This document shows, one piece after another, positions 17,386 through 27,503 of a stretch of 64,000 bases of DNA (its first letter is position 1; every line of letters starts with the position of its first letter). Source of the stretch: a virus; the IMG/VR virus record IMGVR_UViG_3300032224_000723, positions 92,994 through 156,993 of that record. The stretch is one strand, 5' to 3'. The notes beneath the pieces were generated by a model that was not told the origin of the DNA, ran no database searches, and saw nothing but the letters and a program-made list of their open reading frames with translations. Position numbers and translations under genes: made by a program.

Positions 17386-18658
17386 ATACGTCCGGTCTTT
17401 GTTTTAGTATGTCCGCCATGGTATAAGTATCACCGCGGATCTTCTCTAATTGTAACACACGGGCTTTACCTTTTGCAAGACCTTTGGCATATTCATCAGG
17501 CCAAGATTCAGCGAAAGTGGGTCTGGTTTTTAGCTGAACTAAGATATCCTGTAGGGCGTTGCCAGAAATCTTTAACTGGTCAATCATTTCGTCTACCCAA
17601 GGATGTAATAGTTCCCGGGGTAGTGCTAACGGTGACATAACTATGTCCGGTGTAAAACTAAACACCACTTTTGCTAAAACATCTACATCTAACTCTTGTG
17701 CGAGTCTCCCAATATGTGCAACCTCGAACATTCCGGGCAAAGTGAGCGTAAAGTCAATTCGGACTTGACGACTGTGACGTCTGATTTTAAGTCCCTCACG
17801 GAAGTTTTCAAGCCACGTAGTATAGTCAAGGCCTGTTCTAATATATTCACCGATTGCGCCTGTTCCGTCGAGGCTTGCACATATCTGCCAATCCCGAAGC
17901 CTGCTAAGAATATCATTGTAAAGATTGATACCTTTATAATTAACCCTAGAAAGGTTAGTGTTGTATCGAGCATAAACATTTGGTCCGTCTCCCAATTCTA
18001 TTATCCGTTTCATATAACGCCAATGTTGTTCGTACATTAAAGGTTCACCACCAACCCAATATACTTCTTCAACACGGTGTTCTTCGACGGCTTGACTAAA
18101 CTCTGCCTCAATTTGTGTATCTTGAAACTGTTCAATCTGTTTTTTGATATCAGGCTGCATCCAATTATTCTTTGGATTATGCCAATTGATCATGTTGTGT
18201 TGGCGTTGCTCGCTTTCCCAAGCACTGCTTAACATGTCACCGCACATACGACATTTGAAATTACATAAGTTACTAAACCTATAATCCCAACTCACAGGCT
18301 TCATTGTAGTATAACCTGTAGTGTCTGTACTTGCGACTACTTCATTGTACTTATTCCCAAATAAACTATCAAAATAACTGCGGTAAACGGCAGTGTTTAA
18401 AAGTTTGTCATTACATACTTCACATTCAGGCAAAGTTTCACCTGCCATCATACGCCTACGCACAGACTTCATGTGTTCACTGTTCCAATGTTCGTCTAAT
18501 GTGATAGGTATATATTTGCCAGTGCCAGCACTTGTGTCAATATACTGCTGAAAGTTTTGTGCAGGCTCTCTACTGGCGCAACACATTCTACGCTCAGTTT
18601 GTGGACTTAGATATGTATGGGTCCAAGGGGCCAAACATAGTGTATTAGGTTTTGTCAT
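17360..18658 (-). CDS. radical SAM protein with N-terminal SPASM/twitch-like domain
   Basis: CLAPW, MCC, CEVC; CNFKCRMC, GGEP, YNTN, SLDG, YIRTG. Confidence 0.9.
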   Translation of the reverse strand: MTKPNTLCLAPWTHTYLSPQTERRMCCASREPAQNFQQYIDTSAGTGKYIPITLDEHWNSEHMKSVRRRMMAGETLPECEVCNDKLLNTAVYRSYFDSLFGNKYNEVVASTDTTGYTTMKPVSWDYRFSNLCNFKCRMCGDMLSSAWESEQRQHNMINWHNPKNNWMQPDIKKQIEQFQDTQIEAEFSQAVEEHRVEEVYWVGGEPLMYEQHWRYMKRIIELGDGPNVYARYNTNLSRVNYKGINLYNDILSRLRDWQICASLDGTGAIGEYIRTGLDYTTWLENFREGLKIRRHSRQVRIDFTLTLPGMFEVAHIGRLAQELDVDVLAKVVFSFTPDIVMSPLALPRELLHPWVDEMIDQLKISGNALQDILVQLKTRPTFAESWPDEYAKGLAKGKARVLQLEKIRGDTYTMADILKQRPDVYEWWQSIN

Positions 18659-19163
18659 TGATCCAATTTATGTAAAGTGATTTTCGAATTATACCTGCAG
18701 GAACACTACCAACCATTCCGTGAAATATTTTGTCGCTGTTTAACAATATTAATCCGGTGTTTTTCTTATAAGGAATTTTGAAACGGACACCTTCTTCATA
18801 TTCTGTGCCGATTTCTAATTCCTCATCCCCTAAATAAATTATCATTACATTCTGTACACTTGGGGCATCATAATGAAAAGGATTAATATATCCTGGATGA
18901 TCTCTCCATAATTCCATTCCCCTAATCCTCGGTTTTTCAGTAACTGTGTGTATTATAAAAGATATCGAATCAAGTATACGATGGCGTAGGTCAGTGTTGT
19001 CACGAATAAAACATACTTCTCTAGGATTATCACCGTTTGGTTGGCTTGGTCGAATCTGGTTACGAAAAAATGTATTACATCTATCAACTATGTCAGTTAA
19101 TAGCACAGGATCAAATACATTTGATAATGCAAAGCCATTAGTTGATAAATTATTAATTTCCAT
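18645..19163 (-). CDS. 2OG-Fe(II) oxygenase-like protein
   Basis: HYD...IIYL...FHGM...RKSLY fits the HxD...H...R pattern. Confidence 0.7.
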   Translation of the reverse strand: MEINNLSTNGFALSNVFDPVLLTDIVDRCNTFFRNQIRPSQPNGDNPREVCFIRDNTDLRHRILDSISFIIHTVTEKPRIRGMELWRDHPGYINPFHYDAPSVQNVMIIYLGDEELEIGTEYEEGVRFKIPYKKNTGLILLNSDKIFHGMVGSVPAGIIRKSLYINWINDKT

Positions 19164-19167
19164 TTGC

Positions 19168-20229
19168 TTATATACTTTGAAGAATGCCTAAATTATGATT
19201 TTTAAATATCGGATCTAACATGATTTCTTTTAATTCAGTATAATGAGGAGATTCTGGAATATGCACACACTGTTTAGAAAAATTGTGCCATGTGCCCCAG
19301 TCAGACAAATGAGAAAAGTTGGCATACATATTATAGTTTTCACATAAGTAAACAAATTCTTTCATTTCTTTATAATTAGAAATCTGAACTACAAAATTGC
19401 CTATCTTATCTACATGATTCAATGATGACAAGTATCCTAAGTTTTCCAGCAAATTGTCCCATCGTCCCCCACGTCTAACTTTTTCGTAAGTTGTTTTGGT
19501 GGCTGCATCTATACTAACTTCTATTTTCTTAATATTTGAAATAAAGTTTGTATCTAGTTCAGACAGTCGAGTTTTTAAAAATGATCCATTGGATCTAATA
19601 TTAAATCTTATGTTTTTTAAGTGCTGGACTTGTTCAATGAAGAATAGATAAATTTTACTAACAAAAGGTTCACCGTTGGATCCTATCATGATATTAAATG
19701 TTTGGTCTTGCGCTGATCTAATCCACAATACTATTTTTTCAATCCATTTTTTTCTTACTTCGATATACTCTGAGGACGAATCCATTATCACCCTTTCTCT
19801 ACAACTGGGGCAACTTAAATTACAACTCATATCAATTCCAACATTTAAAGTAATGCCATTAGCTTCGTTGATCATGTTTTGAATTTTTATCCCACATGAG
19901 TCAACTACACAATATGTAAACTTTTTTTCTGTAATAGATTTTTGTATAGCCTGTGCTATTGGAGAATTAAAAACTTCTTCTATAGAATCGAATCCTTCAA
20001 TAAGCCCCACTGGGTAAGGTAACCACCCATCACAGTTACACAAGAATATCCTACCTTTATGATCTAAATTTAAACTAGTCCAAGGTATTTTACAAGAATT
20101 TGCTATCCCTTGCTTGTCTGAAGGTAAGTTATGGACTTTTCTTATATACTCAAGATCATGATTGATGTTGCTAAGATAGCCATCTGGCATAGTTATCGTG
20201 GACCAACTTCCTGCTGTGGGTTTCATCAT
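19168..20229 (-). CDS. radical SAM protein with N-terminal SPASM-like domain
   Basis: CKIPW, LCNC, YCVVDSC; CNLSCPSC, NGEPF, SIDA, YEKVRRGG. Confidence 0.88.
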   Translation of the reverse strand: MMKPTAGSWSTITMPDGYLSNINHDLEYIRKVHNLPSDKQGIANSCKIPWTSLNLDHKGRIFLCNCDGWLPYPVGLIEGFDSIEEVFNSPIAQAIQKSITEKKFTYCVVDSCGIKIQNMINEANGITLNVGIDMSCNLSCPSCRERVIMDSSSEYIEVRKKWIEKIVLWIRSAQDQTFNIMIGSNGEPFVSKIYLFFIEQVQHLKNIRFNIRSNGSFLKTRLSELDTNFISNIKKIEVSIDAATKTTYEKVRRGGRWDNLLENLGYLSSLNHVDKIGNFVVQISNYKEMKEFVYLCENYNMYANFSHLSDWGTWHNFSKQCVHIPESPHYTELKEIMLDPIFKNHNLGILQSI

Positions 20230-21035
20230 TCAAATTCCAAACTATCAAATTCTAATTCTTTAATATTTAACACCACATGTAGATCATCTAGATTAGTAAC
20301 TTTACCAACAACAGGATATCCTGTGTAATGCAATATTTTTTCTGTCCCATGTAATTCAACAAACCCAGGATCGTGTTTTAAAAAGAAATCTAAAAGTTCA
20401 TTGTGTTGGGTGAATGTACCGTAATTAGTTTGTGCTATATTGATACCTGGTTTAACCATGTCATGAAATTTACAAGTCTGTGTTATGTTAACCCCATCTT
20501 GTTCTTGAAAAATTTGTAATGGGCCGTGCCCCACAAAAGGATTTTGTAATTTAACATCCCCGATATTTAAATCATTTTTAAATTTAAAATCTAGGGGTAG
20601 ACTAAATCCTTCGTCGTTGAACCATTCTATTTGTAACCATGATCCTCTAGTAGATTGAATTCCGTTTTGAACTAGGTGTAAACAGTAATGCAACTCATGT
20701 ACGAGATAGTCATGCTTTGCAGGGATATCGTCAAAACCATAGCCGACTAATGTTTCTACACTTTTGTGTAATATCGGTGCAATATCATCATCAAAACCTG
20801 TATGTAAATCCCACAGAGGGGATTCGAACTCCCATGTCCACTTGAATGCTTTTTTGGCCTTAACGATTAATTCTTTCATATACTTGTTAGTGTATTTTAG
20901 TGGGTCTCTGAATACAGGCGGGCTATGTGAATAATTTTCCTCAATTAATTTAAAATAATTATTTCCGACTTCTGAGTCTTCTATTTCTAATTTTAATGTT
21001 GGAGCATTTCGAAATTGAACTAAAATTCTACTCAT
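20226..21035 (-). CDS. hypothetical protein, paralog of 16258-17385
   Basis: ILHKSVE, ELHYCLHLVQ, VGHGPLQIF, TGYPVVGKV. Confidence 0.75.
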   Translation of the reverse strand: MSRILVQFRNAPTLKLEIEDSEVGNNYFKLIEENYSHSPPVFRDPLKYTNKYMKELIVKAKKAFKWTWEFESPLWDLHTGFDDDIAPILHKSVETLVGYGFDDIPAKHDYLVHELHYCLHLVQNGIQSTRGSWLQIEWFNDEGFSLPLDFKFKNDLNIGDVKLQNPFVGHGPLQIFQEQDGVNITQTCKFHDMVKPGINIAQTNYGTFTQHNELLDFFLKHDPGFVELHGTEKILHYTGYPVVGKVTNLDDLHVVLNIKELEFDSLEFE

Positions 21036-22251
21036 AACCCATAGCCTTTGCTATCTCTGGATGTGTATCCATAAAATTCTGCCGACGATATTCGTCTGCT
21101 TGTTTCATTCGTCTTAAAAATTCTACCCCATCACTGCCTGGTCCATTTTCAATAAAGTTGATTAAATTATCTACTTCTTGTTGAAATTTATTAGATTTCC
21201 AAAACGTTAATTTTAATTTATTTAACACAAGTTCTTTTGCCTCAGGGGTCATATGTTGTATACTCATATGAGGAGGACTGTGTAGCATATTAAAGTAAAT
21301 ACTGCCAAACTTTTTAGTAATTGCCCACGACAACAATTCATCTAGATAGTAAACATTCTGAATGTTAACAGTAAAACAAAGTTGCGTAGTTATGTGACTT
21401 TGATTGGTATGCGCTGCCAATTGGAAGGAAGGCCAAGAAGCTTGGATCACTGCATCAATGTTTGCATTTGCTTCATCCCATTTTGCACCATATCGTTCAT
21501 ATTCAAATCTGTTCCCAACATTGTCTATACTAAAGGCAATGTCAACTCGTTTAAATTTGCTCCAAATTTTAAAGAACTTGTTGGGACTAACTGTAGCATT
21601 AGTGTTGTAATGTATGTCAATATTTTCAGCGTACCCGTGTTCGCTTGCATACTCCAACAAATCCCAATGCTCTTGTATCAACCATGGCTCACCACCAGTA
21701 AACTCAAAGTATTTGATGTTGGGCAACAATGATTTTAAGTTTTCCCAGAACTCAGGACTTTCTTCAGGCCACGTTCCAGCCTTGAGCCACTTATATGCAA
21801 TGTGCGATTTTTTATCAGCACCTGGGGGCAAGTAATCCATTTCTTCTGCAGCCCACTTGCTACTTGACCATGAACCACAGATACGACATTTTAAATTACA
21901 GATATTACCTAGTTTAAGATCAATGAACCATAACTGATCAGGAGTATCGTTTGCCCAATCGACTTCTGCGTATAGATCTTTTAATCGTATACGACTGTTA
22001 ATTCGTTTGCTTATACGTCCAGCAGCTTCCTCATCCCAACATTGTTGACAAGTTGCAGGCTTTTCTCCAGCACGAAATTGTCTACGTAGATCCTGCATAT
22101 ACTCACTTTTATATGCATCCTCTAAGGTATTTTGTCTTAGATCAATAACAGGAATTTCTTCTCTTGCTAAACAGCAAGGGCGAGTAGTGCCCATGGGACT
22201 GGTTTCTATACTAATCCATGGCAACATACAAATTGAATCAGGTAGGGTCAT
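21028..22251 (-). CDS. radical SAM protein with N-terminal SPASM/twitch-like domain
   Basis: CMLPW, PCC, CQQCW; CNLKCRIC, GGEP, YNTN, FSID, YERYG. Confidence 0.9.
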   Translation of the reverse strand: MTLPDSICMLPWISIETSPMGTTRPCCLAREEIPVIDLRQNTLEDAYKSEYMQDLRRQFRAGEKPATCQQCWDEEAAGRISKRINSRIRLKDLYAEVDWANDTPDQLWFIDLKLGNICNLKCRICGSWSSSKWAAEEMDYLPPGADKKSHIAYKWLKAGTWPEESPEFWENLKSLLPNIKYFEFTGGEPWLIQEHWDLLEYASEHGYAENIDIHYNTNATVSPNKFFKIWSKFKRVDIAFSIDNVGNRFEYERYGAKWDEANANIDAVIQASWPSFQLAAHTNQSHITTQLCFTVNIQNVYYLDELLSWAITKKFGSIYFNMLHSPPHMSIQHMTPEAKELVLNKLKLTFWKSNKFQQEVDNLINFIENGPGSDGVEFLRRMKQADEYRRQNFMDTHPEIAKAMGYE

Positions 22252-23581
22252 AATCTTTTAATGGTTGTAGTTCTGTAAAAGTTGTCCAAAAGTCTTCATT
22301 ACGTATTCTGTCTAAGTCTGCCACTTCTTTTTTAAATTTTGACCAGTGATATATTTGACTTTGATCGTTCATTAAGTTTAGTATGCTTTTAAATCCATTG
22401 GTAGCACGTTTTAACGTATCCTGTGGTTCCAGCCAAGCAATGTGCTGTTCATATGCAGGCGTAATTGTTTGTTGTTTAAACCAGTCTGGGAATATATCTA
22501 CCCTATACCAATCAGGACTTTGACATATATTTACATTAAAGTCTTTGGCGTGAATCAATCCTTGTTCAGTCCATGCTTTATGGAAATCCAGCACATGAAG
22601 TACATTCATCGCACTGATAGTTGCGCTGACATAAAAATCCACATGCGGTACTTGTTCCATCATACGACGTCGATTGTCTAGTGTTTGTGACCAATCTGTG
22701 CCTTTACGTATTAATTCTGCACGTGGCCCCATGGCATCTAAACTAGCGCCTACACTTACATTTTTAAAATGTTTCCAATACTCAAATACGTGTTTGTCTT
22801 TAAATCTCAATTCACTGAAGTTTGTGTTATACTGTATGCGAACATCTGTTTTACCTGCTTCGATTAACTTCTCTAATAAGAAATAATGTTCCTTCATAAT
22901 AAGAGGTTCGCCGCCTGCAAAATACACTTGTTCAAGATATGGTATATGCGGCATCATTTGTTCAATCATTGAATCTTCGTCGCCTGCTGTGTATTCTACA
23001 CGGGCCATGTCCCTGCCTAATACATCAGGTTTACGATCGTAGAGTTTAACATGGTCGTTGTACCAGTTACTGCTAAAGATAGGACCACAACTACGGCAAC
23101 TAAAATTACATAAGTTGCTAAATCTCACGTCCCAATATCTAATTTTAAAGTCTGGGTGTGTTCCATCAGGTTGTGTGTTATCCACTTCTTTGATATGATG
23201 ACCGTAATTACGATTACTATCGTATCGCATACTAAACGCACCATGTTGTTCCTGCTCATAGCACTTGTTACATTCTTTACAAGGTTTATCCTCAAGCATG
23301 TTTTGTCGCATTAAACGGTATGGCTCTTGATTCCATACTTGTTCCATAGTACTTTTACGTAAGTCACCTACAGGATGCCAGTAATCACTTAAACAGCACG
23401 GGTATGCACGACCATCTGGAAAAGCATGCATGTGCATCCATGGTAACATACAAAACGATTTACTCTCGGTTAGTCGTTTCCATTGTGTATCTGTTAAATC
23501 GGACTTATCAGCAAAATAAGGAGCACGTTGATTATAGTCGTAGCCCTTATTGTAAAAACCTTTTACGTCTTTATCTGTCAT
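22238..23581 (-). CDS. radical SAM protein with N-terminal SPASM/twitch-like domain
   Basis: CMLPW, DGRAYPCC, CNKCY; CNFSCRSC, GGEP, YNTN, SLDA. Confidence 0.9.
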   Translation of the reverse strand: MTDKDVKGFYNKGYDYNQRAPYFADKSDLTDTQWKRLTESKSFCMLPWMHMHAFPDGRAYPCCLSDYWHPVGDLRKSTMEQVWNQEPYRLMRQNMLEDKPCKECNKCYEQEQHGAFSMRYDSNRNYGHHIKEVDNTQPDGTHPDFKIRYWDVRFSNLCNFSCRSCGPIFSSNWYNDHVKLYDRKPDVLGRDMARVEYTAGDEDSMIEQMMPHIPYLEQVYFAGGEPLIMKEHYFLLEKLIEAGKTDVRIQYNTNFSELRFKDKHVFEYWKHFKNVSVGASLDAMGPRAELIRKGTDWSQTLDNRRRMMEQVPHVDFYVSATISAMNVLHVLDFHKAWTEQGLIHAKDFNVNICQSPDWYRVDIFPDWFKQQTITPAYEQHIAWLEPQDTLKRATNGFKSILNLMNDQSQIYHWSKFKKEVADLDRIRNEDFWTTFTELQPLKDYDPT

Positions 23582-24957
23582 AATGTATTGTACCAGTTTG
23601 CGAGCGCAGGAAATGTTTCTGTAAAGTTTTTACCACGACGTTGATCATATTGCATGTAGAAGTTTTTAAAGTCACGTTGTAGCACAATTTGCGACATTGC
23701 TTCTTTGTGTGCTTCACTGACTTCACGAATATAGTCCAACAATCTTGTTAATTGATTCCATTCGTACTCATGCATTTCTGAGCCGTGCCTATAACTGTCA
23801 GCAAAGTCATTCAATTTGTTGTAATACATTGATCGGATATCTTCAGGAAATACAGTCAGTGATTGAAAACTAGGAAAGCGTAATATATTTAATGAAAAAT
23901 TAATTGCATCTTTTCCGTATTCACGTTTCCAATTCATAACCATTTCTAGGAAACTGTCCAGACTATCGAGACACAAAGCATTAATGGTACACATGACATG
24001 AAGCCCGCAAAATTTTCCGCTGTCCAGTAATCGTTCTACATTGTTGGCCCAGTCGTCGAATACAAGCCCGTCTCGAATATATTCTGCTTGTAGACTCATT
24101 GATTCGTTACTGGTGTACAAATCAACTTCAACACCATCAACTGCTGCCAACAATCTATCAATATCTACGTCTGTGCCTAGATTACTGTTAATGGCTAGTC
24201 GCGTCGTCGACTTGCCTTTATTGTTCTTAAACCACTCAATGAGGTTCCACGTGTGGGCGGACATGAGAGGTTCACCTCCTGTGATTCTAAGTTCTTTAAG
24301 GGTTCTATGGAGGTCTGATTCCCACCATTTGAAGAATGCTTCCACATACGGATTAGTCTCACTGAATTTATAAAGTTGACTGCTATCATGAGTGTGAGTA
24401 AAATGGTTCCTACCGTCACTAACCAATCCTGTGTAGGATCCATTTTTTCTGATGTCATTAACCCAGGTACTACTAAATGCAGGGTTACAATAAGAACAAG
24501 CGAACTGGCAAGTGCGGTCAAAAGCAATTTCAAGAGTTTGAAGGTCGATGTCTGTCGTGGGGTCTGATTTGAATGCATGGTCTAAGTCCTCATCTGAATA
24601 TATTACTGTTTTGTATACACGATCGCTAATAGGCACTGGCACATCTACACCAGTATATTTTGGATCTTTGTACATATCTTCAATCTTCCAGCAGTATTCA
24701 CAACCACTGGGACGTTCTCCTGCTTGCATTTGACTACGTTCAAATTTCTTTTTAGTAGTGTTATGCAGAGACTTGGGATTAAATTTAATTGCTTCAACAT
24801 CAACTGCATGTGGCAATGGATGATGGCAACTGGTTGTTTGCCCGCTGCCTAACCATATAGTGGCATTGTACCATTTTGCTCCGCAGAAACTTGCCGACTT
24901 AATGTCAATGACTCTGCGTTTGTATTCTAAATCTGTTTCGTTGGGTAACCTAGCCAT
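23578..24957 (-). CDS. radical SAM protein (CxAKW/SCxHP subtype)
   Basis: CGAKW, SCHHP, CEYCW; CQFACSYC, GGEP, YIRDG. Confidence 0.9.
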   Translation of the reverse strand: MARLPNETDLEYKRRVIDIKSASFCGAKWYNATIWLGSGQTTSCHHPLPHAVDVEAIKFNPKSLHNTTKKKFERSQMQAGERPSGCEYCWKIEDMYKDPKYTGVDVPVPISDRVYKTVIYSDEDLDHAFKSDPTTDIDLQTLEIAFDRTCQFACSYCNPAFSSTWVNDIRKNGSYTGLVSDGRNHFTHTHDSSQLYKFSETNPYVEAFFKWWESDLHRTLKELRITGGEPLMSAHTWNLIEWFKNNKGKSTTRLAINSNLGTDVDIDRLLAAVDGVEVDLYTSNESMSLQAEYIRDGLVFDDWANNVERLLDSGKFCGLHVMCTINALCLDSLDSFLEMVMNWKREYGKDAINFSLNILRFPSFQSLTVFPEDIRSMYYNKLNDFADSYRHGSEMHEYEWNQLTRLLDYIREVSEAHKEAMSQIVLQRDFKNFYMQYDQRRGKNFTETFPALANWYNTL

Positions 24958-26125
24958 TCACATGCTCCGACAATTTTGATAATGTTGTTTTCCAATTAAT
25001 GTTTCTTAGCGAATCTATTTTTGTTAAATAATCTCTCCAGTCGTCACCACTTGTTATTCTTGCAGTTTCTAATTTAGAAATAATAGAATTTTTAATGTAA
25101 GCATAGTCATCCGAGATTGTTTGTAGATGATCTATAGCAGGTTGTTTTAATTCTTGGTCAATTGACTCTAAAGATAAAACATTCCCTCCGTAACTTTGGT
25201 CGCCCGCAAATGTTATGTATATCTCAATTGGATCTGTATTAGGTAATTCTGAGAAATGCGTGTTTTTCCAATCAATTATATCTTTTATATAAAACATATT
25301 AACCTTACTAACTGTTACCCCTAATTGTAACCACATATTAGGAATCACCGAGTTTAAATTTCTAATGTTAAACATATTTTCTTGTACTTGAGACCATTTT
25401 GCCGGATATCTAATATATTCAAATTGATTACCTATTGCATCTATACTAAAATATATTTTTACTAATTTCGTTTTCTGCCATAGTTCTACGGCTTCATCTG
25501 TAGGAAATACTGTGCCATTTGTATTATAACTCACCGTCACTTTACTTAGGTCACAACCTTGATGTTCCATCTCTTTTAAAACATTGACATGATCGTCTGT
25601 TAATAACGGTTCACCTCCTTGAAAATGCAGTAGTTGAATTTTATTCAATGGCAAAGACTTGTATATTAAATTACCATTTCCAGACACTTTTACTTCACCA
25701 CCTGTTATAGGATATCCCAGTTTTTTATAATCAGGCTTCCATAACGAACTGTATCTAGGGCCGCAAGTAACACATTTTAAATTACAAACATTTTCACAAT
25801 TATAAGAAAGACTTATTAATTCAACAGTATCATCTATGGTTATTTTATTTTGTTCAAATACCTTTTGTTGTCCTATTCTGTAGCTTTGTGTATTATGTTT
25901 TTCATGTATTAAACATCTATTACATTCTGGCACAGTTTCAATTGAATTTCTTACATAATTTAAATAATCATTGTTATAGAAATCCACTACATCATAGGCA
26001 TTATTACTGAATACTTGATCACAACACATAGCAACAAGCGCAGATTGTTTATCAACTTTTTCAATATACAGACCTTTTTTATATAAAGGACAATCAATTT
26101 TTGTTTCGTTATGTTGTTTTAGCAT
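24950..26125 (-). CDS. radical SAM protein with N-terminal Cys domain
   Basis: MCC, CNRC; CNLKCVTC, GGEP, YNTNG, FSIDA, YIRYP; ATG 26125 preferred; very AT-rich. Confidence 0.88.
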   Translation of the reverse strand: MLKQHNETKIDCPLYKKGLYIEKVDKQSALVAMCCDQVFSNNAYDVVDFYNNDYLNYVRNSIETVPECNRCLIHEKHNTQSYRIGQQKVFEQNKITIDDTVELISLSYNCENVCNLKCVTCGPRYSSLWKPDYKKLGYPITGGEVKVSGNGNLIYKSLPLNKIQLLHFQGGEPLLTDDHVNVLKEMEHQGCDLSKVTVSYNTNGTVFPTDEAVELWQKTKLVKIYFSIDAIGNQFEYIRYPAKWSQVQENMFNIRNLNSVIPNMWLQLGVTVSKVNMFYIKDIIDWKNTHFSELPNTDPIEIYITFAGDQSYGGNVLSLESIDQELKQPAIDHLQTISDDYAYIKNSIISKLETARITSGDDWRDYLTKIDSLRNINWKTTLSKLSEHVNG

Positions 26126-27503
26126 GATACTCACATTCTTTCCAAAAATCAATCATCTCTGGAAAGGTTCTTATAAAGCCAGTTCCCCTGCGCTTATCGT
26201 GTTCATTAAAGAACTTATAGAAATTAGCTTTTTGCATTTTAACATACTCTGGGTCCAAATTGCAACCTTCACGCATATAATCAATCACACGTTGTAGGCG
26301 TTGTGGTTCATAATCTTTAAATCCTTTAAAAGGCTTGTCTTCTGTTTCCAATTTACTAACCATAAACGCCCATGTTTCTTCTAATCGATCCACATAACTT
26401 TCAGGTAACAACTGAACACTTTGCCATTCTGGATTACGAAGTATGGGAGTATCAAACCAAACACGTTGATATGTTTTGCTGTATATTTGTCTAAGTCCAT
26501 GTATGCAATTAATCAAATCGTGAAAACCTGTGACGTTCAAATTGTTCATGGTAATGATAAACGTCAAACTACTTCTATTAGGTACTTCATTTAAGAAACG
26601 ATTAACATTTTCCCAAAGACGTTCAAAGTTTAAACCGTCTCTTGCATATTCTGCTTTAAAGAATGTAGCATCTACACTAACATACTGCATAAAATGTTCC
26701 AAGTACTTAGGTTCGTTTGTGGTCAATTTTTTTACACAATCTAAATATTTTTCAAACAACTCAGGCTCAACACTAAAATTGCTAGTAACGTTTAGATGTA
26801 ACTTAGGACTAGGATTGGCCAATACATAATCAAATACACGATATGTATTTTTATCCATCAACGGTTCTCCGCCTGTCATCCTAAAATGTTCTAAGTTAGG
26901 ATATAATGTAGGCCACCATTCCCAAAATGCTTCTACATAGGGATTATACTCACGGGCAGGTATGAGGCGCCTGCGGCCAACAAAATGATCAGGAGCATTG
27001 TGAGGCACCAAAGTAGGATATGCACCAAGTCTAGCAACTTCATCGGCCCATGAGCTGCTAAACTGTGGACTGCAATAGCTACACCGCAGATTGCAAGCGT
27101 GATTGAAATTAACTTCAACATAACTAGGAATAACATTGTCTTCGAGTCCTGTACTATTTTTTATATTTTCAAAATCCACTGCGGCCCAAGGCTCACCGCT
27201 ACGATAGTGACGGTCGCTTAGGTTACCTAAATCTTCTTGTGTCCAACAATAATTACATTCTTGTGGACGTTCGTTTTTTAACATCAACACACGTTGCTGT
27301 TTCTTATGCTCAGTGTTATGTAAGGCTGCAGGAGTTAGTTTAATTGCATCAGCGTCAATTTGATGTAATGGAGGATGATAGCAACTGTTGTTTAGTCCTG
27401 TGGGTAAGTGTAGGCTTACCTGTTTCCATTTAGCCAAGCAAAGCGCGGGACCCAACTTAGATTTAGCATCTTCTGCGTCTGTTAGAAATACGCTTTTTAC
27501 CAT
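26109..27503 (-). CDS. radical SAM protein (CxAKW/SCxHP subtype)
   Basis: CLAKW, SCYHP, CNYCW; CNLRCSYC, GGEP, YARDG. Confidence 0.9.
   Translation of the reverse strand: MVKSVFLTDAEDAKSKLGPALCLAKWKQVSLHLPTGLNNSCYHPPLHQIDADAIKLTPAALHNTEHKKQQRVLMLKNERPQECNYCWTQEDLGNLSDRHYRSGEPWAAVDFENIKNSTGLEDNVIPSYVEVNFNHACNLRCSYCSPQFSSSWADEVARLGAYPTLVPHNAPDHFVGRRRLIPAREYNPYVEAFWEWWPTLYPNLEHFRMTGGEPLMDKNTYRVFDYVLANPSPKLHLNVTSNFSVEPELFEKYLDCVKKLTTNEPKYLEHFMQYVSVDATFFKAEYARDGLNFERLWENVNRFLNEVPNRSSLTFIITMNNLNVTGFHDLINCIHGLRQIYSKTYQRVWFDTPILRNPEWQSVQLLPESYVDRLEETWAFMVSKLETEDKPFKGFKDYEPQRLQRVIDYMREGCNLDPEYVKMQKANFYKFFNEHDKRRGTGFIRTFPEMIDFWKECEYHAKTT

Noticed and set aside
17360-27503. RiPP cluster or cofactor pathway (MoaA, QueE, PqqE) interpretation
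   Set aside because: No RRE, protease, transporter or companion moa/que/pqq genes were seen, and the neighbours are sugar enzymes. The 33-aa peptide as a substrate is not strictly excluded.
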